From NCBI GenBank assembly GCA_965649825.1, contig OZ287704.1, forward strand, positions 790,301 through 854,300: DNA of 64,000 nt, given 5' to 3'. The notes below the pieces were generated by a model. It searched no databases. It saw only the letters and a list, made by a program, of their open reading frames with translations, and was not told where the DNA came from. Below, one piece after another: positions 27,313 to 38,234 of the stretch. Within the stretch, counting starts at the first letter, position 1; each line of letters opens with the position of its first letter. Source of the stretch: Penicillus capitatus. Taxonomy: Eukaryota; Plantae; Chlorophyta. A program made the translations under genes and the position numbers.

Positions 27313-27798
27313 CTGGGAAGGATGAGAATTCCCAGTGTGATCGGCGAATCGTGCGGAATTGTCCTGTGGATCCGGCGCGCTGCGCGGACATGCAAGTAGG
27401 AGGAGGTCCAAAAAGGGACCAAGCACACAAATGAATGAAAACATCAGAAAAGCAAAGAAACTAAACAGAAACAGGAAGAACAGGACAGAAGGAACACTGC
27501 AATGGCACTTGGAAAACACAGTTAAAACACAACAAGGAAAGGAAAGAGTAAAGACATGCAATAAGGGATAACGGAATCGGCGACAGGGCACAAGAATGGT
27601 AAACACAATCACAGAGCAGACAAAAGGAAAGCAATGACAAACTGACAGGCATACAAAAAGACAAAACACATTCACACACAAGGAGAAAATGCAAACGCCG
27701 ATTCCGTTATCCGGATAGAAGAAGACGGGCATCCAGGGGAGAAAGAGAGAAAAGGGACAGAAGAGACGGCCCCGGATGCCGATCCAAAGGACGCTTAC
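27313..27798 (-). other. Predicted 486-nt U-rich structured intron-like element, unit 2
   Basis: CAG|GTAAGC donor at 27798 and CTTCCCAG acceptor at 27313. Helices 27361-27372/27781-27792, 27728-27738/27770-27780, 27566-27582/27696-27712 and 27405-27409/27416-27420. Confidence 0.55.
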
Positions 27799-28623
27799 CT
27801 GAGTGCATCGACCGAATCACGTGGCTGCCCAATGTCACGGTCTCTGCTCTCCCTGTCGCCCAGCCATCCTCCCTGATGCGGCTGCCGCTGCCGGGGGTGG
27901 GTGGAGTGGATCGATGCAAGGAAGGCGTGATCCAAGAGTGCTTGTGGTCTTCTCCAATGTGAGCACGGTCTGCTTCGCCAGAAGCCTCTCTTTCTGCCTT
28001 TAGCAGCTGGTGGATCCATTTTCTGTTGGAGTCCAGTCACCGCATTTACTTTGTCCTTCTCTTGAATGTCTGCCAGTGTGTCCATTCACGATTCGGTCTG
28101 AAAGGTGAAGAGGCAGTTCTTCTTTCGCTGGGCACCTCCTGTGAATCCATCTCTTTCCTTCTGGCACTTCTTCCTCATCACAGCCTAATGACACTGTATC
28201 CTCGAGCACAAGAGCAGATGTGGCATTCTCTACCCGATGAGAAACGTGAGTGCAATGATCAATTTGTCAAGTGGTGCCTCTCTCTGCCATGGTCAAAGAA
28301 TACATCGCCAACTCGTTCTCTTCTGCCTTGTGTAAGGGTGCCTGTCACTCTTCTGATCCTCCCGTAGTCTTGTTCTGTGCTCTAAGGATGCGTCGGCAAC
28401 GTCTGCCGAGTCTTCGGATTGACTAGCCGCATTTTGGCTAATTCAGGCATCCGGCTTGTCCCCATTCCAGGACACACTCCTCTGACGAATCCATCGTGCT
28501 CTGGGGAATCTGATGCAGCACAGCCACACACATGCTTCTCCACAACTGTGATAGCTATCATCCAGGCTTGGTCTGCAACAGGTGGACTTTAACTGAGCAA
28601 ACTGGCTGCAGGAATTACCTCAA

Positions 28624-28646
28624 TCGTTCGTTCGTTCGTTCGTTCG
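28624..28646. repeat. (TCGT)n microsatellite, ~5.75 units
   Basis: TCGTTCGTTCGTTCGTTCGTTCG read directly. Confidence 0.9.
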
Positions 28647-28908
28647 AACCACACCTTCCGTGACTTCTGTACCAGCACGTCTTTCTCTGCCAGATCATAT
28701 GCATTTCATTCCTTGTCGAGTTCTTCATTTTTTAAGGGAGAAACTGCCTCTTTTTGAGGAAGCAATCACTAAAGGGACGGCAGCAATTCGTTTGAGATCT
28801 TGATTGACCTCATCGAGTGTCCATGCCCTTCGTCCCTCCTCTTAAATTCCGCGTCGATTCTGTGAGATGCAGGCTCATCAAATGCATAGGCGACAGAGAG
28901 AGACATAC

Positions 28909-31900
28909 CTGGAATGCACACAAGGAATCTTCGAGGAGGTCGGGGGCTGATCTTTCGATTTCGTGCAGCTTTCAGGCCACTGTCAGACTGACTAATTCGG
29001 AAAACAGTCGACTTGGCCATCAAACAAGGCTCCTTCATTCTGATGATCTTGCATCCAGGCTTGTTTGTGTATTTCTGCGAAACTCTTGAGTTTAGAGTTC
29101 CTATGCCTCGTAATCTGATCCAGATCGTCTGGTGAAGTGTTGGCAAAGAACGCATGCCAGTTTTCTCCCCGATGCATCCAGTCTCTTGGGATGATCAACG
29201 GTTTTTGCTTGTATCATCATCGTTGTCCGAGTGCATGAATCCAGGCGATACAGGATTGATCTCTCTTCAATCCAGGGTGGCTCTGGCAGTCGTTGTCTGT
29301 GATCTGAGTCTTCTTCTTTACGCCAGTCCAGACACCAGAGAAGACTCAATTCCATAGCATCGCGAGATCCAGGATTTTCGCTATCATCCAGCAATCATGT
29401 CTGCCGTCGTCGTGATCGATGCCTCTGTTGCTGAGTTCATCACTTCGTATGAGACGATAGATCAAAGCCTTGTAGAAAAGACTCGATCCAAAGTAGCTTC
29501 TCTCAATCGAGTAGTCTCCGTCGTGCATCCAGGCCACTGCTGTCACTTCCTTCGACACTGCCTCTTCAAATGCCTGTCAAATCAACTGTACAGGAAGGAT
29601 CATGAGGCATCTGCAGATTACCTTGATAAATGTGTTGATGAGTGCAGGATGCTATGGGCTGACATACGCATCGAAGGGTCCTTGGTCAGACGAACTCGAA
29701 TTGCAGAAACTGATACTCCAATTCTCATTTAGACTTTCCAGCTGATTCCCAGCTCATGTAAGCTTCGCAGTAGATTCAACTGAGCTCACGCAGGATGGAA
29801 ACTGTGGTGTGTTCTGCATGCTCTTCTCGACATGTCATCATTTCTCGGACAATGAAGTTTTCTACAGAACAGAACACCACTCAGCACGAAATGTTAAAAT
29901 GAGATGACCTCTTTGGGAACCTTAGATTCCATGACGAACGGGGAACATCGTGTAAGATAGATGTCCACAAGCTTTGCAGAATGGAATATGAAAGCGGATC
30001 TGTCGTGGCGAAACCAAACTGTGTTCTTCGATGGAGATCTCTTCAGTCTTGTCTCATTTCTGGAATGGTCACTGTACTTATGTCCCAGGCTGTGCCTCAT
30101 GAATCCTCTTCACGATGTCAGATGACGACAATGGATTGCCGATGACTTCTCTCTGGCAATCATCTCTTCGGTATGTATGAACATGGTTCAAAATCCCCTC
30201 ATATCTGATTTCAAATTTGAGCATAAGATGATCATAACGGGGACACTGTACCTTGATGTTCAACATGACGGCTGTCTGGTCGATTCTCATCATGTTCATC
30301 TGATGCTGCAAACTCTCCCTCCTTTTCGGAATGCCTTGGTAAGCGAATCAGGTTTGTCATGTCGGCATTCCAGAAAAACCAGTTCATTGATGCATCCACA
30401 ACAACCCTGCAAAGGCACCTTGTTAGCTTCTGATTTAGATATGGATTCCAGCATGTCATTTACCGTGCCATACAGCTGAATACTGCAATGCTCCCCAGTC
30501 ACTGTTGTAAAAACAGATCGATCACTCGTCCCAGGTCCTTCCAGCAAACTGAGCACTACCTCATACTTTGCATCAGAGAGACAGTCCAGGACATGATCCA
30601 CGACATAACACAGTTCCAGACACCTCGAGATCCACTACTGCAGAAACCAGTCCAGCTCAGGCAACAACAACAGACAATCTGTCTCCTCTTCCCAGACAAC
30701 GGAAAAAACACAGTCCAGCGCGACACCCGCCCCACCAGCACCAAACATCTTGAACTCCACTGCTCCAGAAAACCGTCTCCAAATCATCCAATCCACTTCC
30801 CAGTGGACATGAGCACAACCTCTCCGTTTACTTCTCCAGAAACCAGTCCATCCGAGAAGCCGCCTTCTCGCCAGAACCGAATACAGAACAATCCTTCACC
30901 GCAGAAAAACAGAAATGGCCACTCAAATGTACACCGCCGCACACAGTAAAGGCATATACCGTTGCCAAATAAACTTCCACGCCCAAAAAACATGTCCGAC
31001 CGCCATTATCACTAACATGTACAAAAATCAAAGTCGATCTCTCAGCCATGAGTGCCGCCAGCACAAGAGAACAGCCATGCAGCAGCTTAAAACAGCAAAA
31101 CCAAAACAGAACATATGCATCTGAGTCCGGCCCCTCGAACAATCCAGATAAGGGTAAACGTGCACACATGAAGAATGAGCAATGCAGTCCCATGCACGTT
31201 GGCAAAAACGAATGTTGAGGGACGCTCCAAAAGTCAAAAAACAGAAAACAGCAAAACAGCAGCCAAAAATCTTGACTCTGCAAAAAAAACTTTTTCTTCT
31301 TTTTTTTTTTTGTTTTTTTTTCATCCCCACGACGAAGAAAAAAAACCTAATAAAACATTGGGGAAGTGGACAGACCCTGGGGAGGCCAATCCCATCCTAC
31401 TAACTGCAAACACACGGAGTAAGTACAGAGAGAATAGAAATGCCAAGAAGCTTACGCATCGCAGCGTCTGGCAATACATCAGGGCATCGGTCTGGTTAGA
31501 GACCGATGCCCAGTCCATGCCGTCATCGCATTCAGGTCCATGGGACCCAAACGCGGATGACTGCGCTGCTGGAGAGGGCTCGGATGGCCACACTGGGTAG
31601 GGCGCCGGCGATGAGAACACGGAAGGCCGCGGTGGAAACAGCGGCGGCGCCTGATGCGCGGATGACTGCGGCTGCGAGACGGGCGGCGGCGGCTGTGCAA
31701 ATGGCGGTGTGGGAGTGGCCTAGGAAAGAATACTCGTCACTGTTAGAGCTCGCCAATAGACGGAAATCTCACCTCAGCGCCCCCGTTGTGGCATTGGGAC
31801 TGGCGTGATGCCAGTCCGGCATCTCTCCTCTGCCCGGAGAAGCGATGGGGGCGACTGCCGGATTGCTGCCCGGTTTGGCTGGCATGGTCGCCATGCCGGG

Positions 31901-32814
31901 AGCGGGATTCTTCCTCCCTCACCGCCATTTGGGCGGGTGTCTTGGCCCTGAGGGCCCTCTGCAGCGCCTCCCTCTGCGAAGGAGACATGTTTCTAAAGCC
32001 ATAGAACGTGTCTATGGCTTCCTGCATCCTGTCGTTAGGAAAACAGCACAGAAAGGTTAGCAGTCTCCACAGATGTGGCCGCAGCCTTGAGCAGCGACGC
32101 AGAAAAGACAGGAAAAGAGAAGCCGCGCCTCGAACGACATGTAACCCTAGTTCGGTTTCATGTGCATGCCGCCGTCAAGGCGGCCGACGACTGGCACAGA
32201 GCTCGCAGCAACGCGGAAACGCGACGCGCGGCTGAGAACGTCGTAGCGCGTTGCGTCGGCGACAGCAACGAAGAGTTTGGCTTACTTCTGCCAAGGATTG
32301 TTGTTGCCGCTGCCGTTGTCATTGCCATCGCCGGAGATGCTTGCGTGTTGAGCCATCGTCGTGAAGTTCGTCGTCTGAAGGAAACGAGCGCCTGGAAACG
32401 AAAATGCGAACAAACTCAACCGCAGATCGGCTAGAAGCCGCGTCGGTTGCAGGCAAACGGTCAGGCGGTGGTGGCGTGGGGTTTCGGCCGTTGCATGGCG
32501 GATGCCCAGGCCAACAGGCCAGGGGAGCTGTGTGCAGAAGCGCCGTGATACGAAGCAGCCCTGCTGATCTTTTACACCTATGCAGACAAATGTCTATGGA
32601 CAATCTGTCGAGGTCCGCAGTCGAGCTGCGGGCATCTATCTCTCCGGTAAGTCCGTCTCTAGGAGTGGCCGTCGGAGCATGTGCCACAGCTCCGAAGAGA
32701 GACCGTCTACGAATCCGAACTGCGGTCGGCCCTGCCGTCGGACTTTCGGCGAAGACTGGGCAGCTGGCAGTCGTTTCTCTCTGCGATCGCGCCGCGTCCA
32801 CGCGTCGCTGACAT
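28909..32814 (-). mobile_element. Degenerate, intron-rich Mutator-like (MULE/FAR1-type) transposase pseudogene; boundaries approximate
   Basis: Removing five 47-59-nt GT-AG introns between ~30560 and ~29520 keeps one frame with ~10 stops. MULE-like spacing: SVESTAKLT (~29777, D1-like), NTFIKAFEEA...AWMHDGD (~29522, D2-like), DWMHRGENW...NSKLKSF (~29087, E-like), possible SWIM remnant SCT...IPCVH (~28967-28914), and FACNRRG (~32455). Family assignment is by motif resemblance only. Confidence 0.45.
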
Positions 32815-33012
32815 GTCCGGAAGACCCAACGTCGGCGACACAGTCTAAAGCCGCGCGTTCCGTGGTCGACTGCCGCAGAGAAAGATTTCAGGGCCTACGG
32901 ATGACGCGACGTCACGCGCACAAAGCGTGGGCTTGCTCCGCTGCTCAACCCAAACGGCGACAGCGAACGGAGAGAACGGACATCATTGCGTTCGCCCGCG
33001 CCTTAACGTTCG

Positions 33013-35144
33013 TCAATGTCTCTTGAAGGCGACGAAGAGTGCCGTCAGCCAGAAAGGGAGGTAAGCGACGGCCCAGAAGACGAGGCCGCTCGTCGTCGAT
33101 CCGCCTGCGAGATCCCACAAATCGATCCGGTTATCTGCCAGCACCAGCGGGAAGAAGGCCAGACTAGGGGGAGAGAGGACCACAAGCAGACAGCAGACGA
33201 CGAGGAACTTCGAACCCGACGGCCTCGAGAGGAAGAGAGAGACAGTGAGAGAAAGCAGTCCGACCGCCTCGGCGCCGATGAAGGCCACACACCTGCGTCC
33301 AAACGCCGTCTGCGAAACCCGTCCCGAGAGGCGCCCACCAGTTGGTGCAGGTGACGGCGACGAGGGCGGCGACGGCAGAGCACATCGAGGCCGTCCAGAG
33401 CCACGGCACGAGAGAGGAAGCAGCCGGTCCCGCTCGACGCAGCCCGCGATACAGGTCGAAGGCCGCGGAAGCCGACAGACAGAGACTGAGGAACCGCGAG
33501 ACGACGACGGGGCTCGGACGACAGCCTTCGTGACTCGACGCGCCGCGTCCGGCGAGGCACTTCGCGACGGTCCGCGCCATGGACGCCGCGCTGATCCAGG
33601 CCACCAGGAGGAGGAAACCGACAGCGCACGCCGACATGCCAGCCCGTCCGTTCAGGTCGAGCGAGGCTCTCCTTCCGAAATCCACCGCCTGTCGCGGACG
33701 CTGGGTACACGGCGTCAGAGGAGTGGCATCTGCTGTCACCTTGACGAGGACGGAGAGGAGCAGCAGGACGGAGGGGAGAATGTAGACTTCGACCGGGACG
33801 AAACGATCCGTGCTGACCATCAGGTAGTAGTAGTAGGAGCGGTTGAGCCGCTCGACCAGATTGCTGCACGAGCGCACCGCCGACTCCGCCACCCGAGAGA
33901 GCGCGACGGCCGTCAGCTGCGGGTCTCCCCGCGCTCGCGCGAGGCGCGACGGAGCCCTGACGGCGACGGCGTCGATCGACCACTCGCGAAAGGGAGCGTG
34001 CGGACCCGCGCGGACGCCCGTCGCCTGCAGCAGCACGGAGCAGAGCATCGTCCGCCACGCCCCCGTCCCCTGGCGAAAGCTGTAAGGGATCTCCGCCAAT
34101 GACGCGACGGCGCCGCACCTCGTGGCTCGACGCCGTTCCGCGGCAGAGGGATGAGAAGGCGCCGGCGTCGAGGCGGCTCTTTGCGCCGAGGAGGTCCTCC
34201 GCGGCAGACTTGACGAGCCAGTACAGCTCCATCTTGGACAGCCGTCCCCCCGAGTTCACGAGCGAGTACTCCAGTTCGTCGGACTCGGCGTCCTCGGTCT
34301 CCATGACCACGGCCTGGCCGAGGAGACCCGCTCGGCGGAACGCACCGCGCCCCTCGGCGTCCTTCGGACAACCACATTCGCGGCAGGCCGGGAGGAGCCG
34401 ACCGCTTGCCTGGGAGTGGTATCGCGTCAGCCAGCGACGCATCGACTCTTCCTCGCCGCAGCGCGAGTCGGTGACCAGCCAGACGAAGTCCTTGGACAGC
34501 CACTTCGCCTGCGACAGGTGGCGCGTCAAGGCCACCCCGGCACTCAGCGCCACGCACAGAGCTTCGGGGCCGTCGCCGGGTCCTCCATGACCATACGTAG
34601 CCGTCAGACGGGCAGAGGTCACGCGTCTGCCTCACCTCGCGGCCTCCTCAGCGGAGTGACGAACACGATGCCTTCCTTGCCGTCCCCCCGGGCGGTGCGG
34701 ACGACCGCGTGCGCGTTCCGGCACTTGAGTTCCTCTCCACGGACGGACGCCGTGAAGCGCTGGATGGAAGCCGACGTCCCGAGCGCGCGAACCAGCAGGT
34801 CCTGCACTTCCAGTAATCCGGCGTCTCCGCCCGCCGTTCTCTGGACCGTCCCCGTGCACCTGTCGAGGAAGTCGTCCGCCGCCTGCCTGCAGGACGAGCA
34901 GTCCCTGCGCCGGGAGAGACTGTCATCCAAAGGCGGGCGATGCCGTCGCTCACTGTATCCGCGTGGCGGCGCTGCCGGCGAGGAGGGCTTTCTCGTCGAA
35001 GAAGACGGGCTTCGAGAAGAGCGGGAGCCCGAGGAAGAGGGCGTTCGCCCACAGGAACAGCGCCCAGGAGAGCCAGTGCGCGTGGGCGACCGTCAGACGC
35101 ACCAGACGGGACGCGAGTCTCTCGCGGCGGGACGGCGGAGCCAT
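33013..35144 (-). CDS. GPAA1: GPI transamidase component GAA1, copy A (spliced)
   Basis: MAPPSRR...TM...FFDEKALLAG, VRTARGDGKEGIVFVTP, LSQAKWLSKDFVWLV, SCSNLVERLNRSYYYYLM...DRFV, followed by C-terminal TM helices. Confidence 0.85.
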
Positions 35145-35303
35145 GCGTGCAGAAAACAAGGGGTCGGTGTCTACCCGTGGCAGTGGAGTCCAACGGCGAA
35201 GCGGAATGGGTCGAACGCGGCTCGATGAGGGTCATCGACGTCCTTCCGCTCCATTCACCGGCTCCGCGTGCTGACCTTCGGCCACCGGCGACAGGCTCGG
35301 CGC
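35145..35303. promoter_or_regulatory. Putative bidirectional promoter GPAA1/SEN34 (copy A), 159 bp
   Basis: Divergent ATGs at 35144 and 35304; inferred from geometry only. Confidence 0.5.
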
Positions 35304-36193
35304 ATGTCTGTCAACGTCAGCCTGCTGGACGGGAAGGGGTACGTCTACGAAGAGGAGGACGCTCGGCGGCTTCGCCTCGAGCGCAGGATCGTCGGCGCTC
35401 TGGTCGGCAGCCTGAAGAGTGAGCGATCGGAGCCTGTCCTCCTTCGTCTCCGAGTCCTATCGCAGACGTCAGGGGGGAGTCGACCGAGGCCGCATGCCTT
35501 CCGATGGTGCTGGGGCCCGAAGAGATCGCGCTGTGCCTGAAGAGGGGTGACGTCTCTTCACCCAGCCCGACGCTGCATTGGACGGCGTGTGCTGCACTCA
35601 GGGTGGATCGTCCTGACGAGGCCCCTCTGCATCGAAGATCGTGGAGACCGTCCGGCTTCTGAGGCCGCCTCGGACGCGATCGGTGGGAGGCCGCCCGAAT
35701 CCGTCGTGCTGCCGTCGAGACGCCGAGCGGAGCAGATCTCCGCCTGGCCGCAGCAGCCCCCGTTCCTCCATCTTCTGAGATGCGCCGTCTTCGAGGATCT
35801 CCACTCGAGGGGGTGAGTGCGCAAGGGCGGTGCATGCTCGTTCAGTGGACCGTGCACAGGTTCTTCCTGACCGGCGGGGCCAAGTTCGGAGGGGATTGGC
35901 TGGCTTACCCGGGCGACCCGCTGCTGTATCACGCGCAGTTCGTCGTCAGAGTGGTCCGGTCGACAGAGATCGCGCCGCCCCTCTTCTTCGTCTCCGCGTC
36001 GCGGGGAGCCCACGCCGCGCGCAAGCACCTGCTGGTGGCCTTCGGCGACCAAGTCCGGCTCGCGAGACGGCCTTCGTTCGCATCGAACCGCGGTCTGTTG
36101 CAGGAGAGGCCGGGAGGACAGATCGATATCCGCTACATCACCGTGGCGCCACACGACGGATTCGGACAGTCGGGTGGATCGAGCAACGGCTGA
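35304..36193 (+). CDS. SEN34: tRNA-splicing endonuclease catalytic subunit Sen34, copy A (spliced)
   Basis: LRLERRIVGALVGS, CLPMVLGPEE, CAVFEDLHSRG|FFLTGGAKFGGDWLAYPGDPLLYHAQF, ARKHLL. Confidence 0.9.
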
Positions 36194-36194
36194 T

Positions 36195-37031
36195 CTAGAA
36201 GCGGGGCGCGCCTCCCAGCGTCGCCTCGGGCAGCCTCTCGATGGTGTAGCGGCGCGCTATGATGTACATGATGGGCACTCCCGGAATCTGGAAGGGCACA
36301 CAGGGTTTGTCGCACGGGCGTCGGCGCGGGAGCGCTTGCCTTTCGTATGCGTCTCCGCAGATCCCGATCGCACGTGGCCACGATGTAGCACTTGTGTTGG
36401 GTGACTCTGTCGCAGATGCAGTCGTCCGCGTAGATCCCTCGGTGCGTGCAAGGCAGTCGACGGATGTCCGGATGCTGCAGCCACAGAAAGCCGGTCGAAC
36501 ACCGTCGCCCCGCGCACGCCGTGCAGGTCACCTTCGCGATCTTCAGCCCCACTCTGTACTTGGTTCCCAGCGTCTCCAGCTCGCCCATCACGCAGTCCGT
36601 TATGTACAGCTTGCACTCGGCGTACAGGCAGTCCCTGGCGCCTCGGAAGAGGTCGATCTGCCCTCGTCACTCGCAGGGATGTCCCGAGCGCATCCGACGG
36701 AGACCGACCTTGTTCTTGACGGAGAAGTGGATGAAGTTGGTGTCGACGATGACGTGGTAGGGAGGTCCCAGTTGCGTGTTGTACCGAAAGTACATCGCCG
36801 CCGACGGCTTGGCCCTGAACAGGCGGCCAGGGTGCGTGCAGCGACACGTCGACGGGGGAGCGGACTTACACTTGTCGCACGTTCTCGTCGCGCTCCTTCC
36901 GCTCTCCGCTGGACGTCTCCCTGCACGGCCCGGTCGGAGGCGTCGGTCGGGTGGCGGCCTCACTCGTCGCGGCGGGGCATCGCGATGCGCTTCGTCTCGG
37001 CGTACTTGAGTCTGAGCCTCTTCCTTCCCAT
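36195..37031 (-). CDS. FCF1: rRNA-processing PIN-domain nuclease FCF1/UTP24, copy A (spliced)
   Basis: [84 protein letters not shown]. Confidence 0.95.
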
Positions 37032-37359
37032 CTTCCTCGCGAACGACGGATCTTACAGTACAATGTCCAAATCTAAAAACCGGCGAGGAGTGCCCATCCA
37101 CCATCATCTGTACGTTTGGCCAACGGCCGCCCATGTATTGAGGACCCCCGGTATCCCGATTTATGACAGACAGCCAGCGAACAACTAAGAAACTGCATCG
37201 ATACTGCCTCGTCAGACACAGCCGAGTGTGTTGGCTCCTCGAGCCGTTCCACCTATTTTACAGTGCTAATATACAGTCAATCTGTCGATGCGATGATGCA
37301 GCAGAGCGACTAGACTACAAGTGATTGCGAGCGTGCGACTTCGACGTCTTCGATGGAGA

Positions 37360-38160
37360 TCACTGAAGACCAGCAGCCTTGGCGAACTCGACCCACTGCA
37401 CGCTGCCGCAGTAGCAGTTGGAGAATCGCAGAAGGAAAGTGGCGAGGGTGTTGAGCGCGGCAGACGGCAGGAAGGCATCCAGAAGGCGCTCCTCGAGTCC
37501 GTTGACCACCTGGTAGCGGAGATTGCTGGAGAGCGCCATGAACGCCCCGAAGCCCAAGCTGTTGTCCAGGACGGGCGCCAAGTGAACGTCGTCCTTCGGT
37601 CCGGGCTGACGCTCCACCTAGGCAGAGCGCGACAAGTCGGTGCGTGTCCCGCGGATGGGTCCTCGATTCCTACCGCCCACTTCGTGATGCTGTGGCCCAT
37701 GGCGCTCGTGACGAGGCCAACCACGAAGAACTGGCAACTGCGGTAGAGAACGGACGTCAGCCTCTGCGAAACGGAATACGCTCCGCCCTGCGCGGCACAT
37801 CGTCCACACATCTGCAGCGTCTGAGGGGGCCGACCTGCAAAGAATGCCCAGGAAGCTGTGCGATGCCTCTGGCGATGCGGTTGGATGGCAGCGGCCTGAA
37901 TGATCGTCTCGGAGAGAGAAGCCAGACAAGAGCACAGTCGGCGATCGCCTCTAGGGCCAAATCGGAGAGGAAAAACGGCAGTTCCTCCTGCAGAACAGAA
38001 CAGAGGTTTCTCATCCTTCGTCAGAGCGACAGGGATGCTGACCTTGAAGCACTTGTCTCCTCTGGCTTTCATTTCTGCAGCTGTCTTCGCAGACAATCCA
38101 AGTGCTAGTTCCACGAGGAGTTGCATCACGAATCTGGGATTTCCCATGACACGATCGCGC
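37360..38160 (-). pseudogene. 5'-truncated copy of the RETICULATA-related (DUF3411) gene
   Basis: Matches 58721-59521 in reverse. Homology stops at 38160 (just before RDRVMGNPRF), so the promoter, transit peptide and Gly-rich region are missing. Confidence 0.8.
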
Positions 38161-38234
38161 GGAGTAGCATGTTTCTCGAGCTCTTAGACAATCTGTAACT
38201 TTAGATTACGTTAAACGCGTCAATCATGTCTGCG

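Larger units (their letters stand above)
26300..27960 (-). repeat. Diverged tandem duplication of an ~830-bp exon/intron-like module (units ~26300-27130 and ~27130-27960)
   Basis: Colinear homologous blocks ~0.82-0.85 kb apart, e.g. CCGGCGCGCT.CGC.GACATGCA (26524/27372) and ACGGGCATCCAGGG...ACGGCC..GGATGCCGATCC (26909/27725). Donor sites occur at matching positions. Confidence 0.75.
32884..38160. repeat. Inverted segmental duplication, arm A (may extend left of 32884)
   Basis: Reverse complement of 58721-64000. Paired landmarks sum to 96881-96884 (e.g. FCF1 starts 37031/59850). Identity visually about 97-98%. Confidence 0.95.

Noticed and set aside
26449-27798. MITE interpretation of the structured elements
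   Set aside because: The terminal inverted repeats differ in sequence between the two copies and no target-site duplication is visible, which is unlike transposase-recognised ends.
28300-32050. Ty3/gypsy or Ty1/copia reading (GPMDLNA, VVVDAS, DCFPN...RPPRR fragments)
   Set aside because: The motifs lie in different frames with no RT YxDD and no LTR pair. Regularly spaced ~50-nt GT-AG introns give a single frame that fits a Mutator-like transposase better.
33045-36154. Many long overlapping ORFs in the GC-rich block (and its copy at 60-64 kb)
   Set aside because: Stop-poor shadow frames and read-through of GC-rich introns; they are explained by the spliced GPAA1, SEN34 and FCF1 models.
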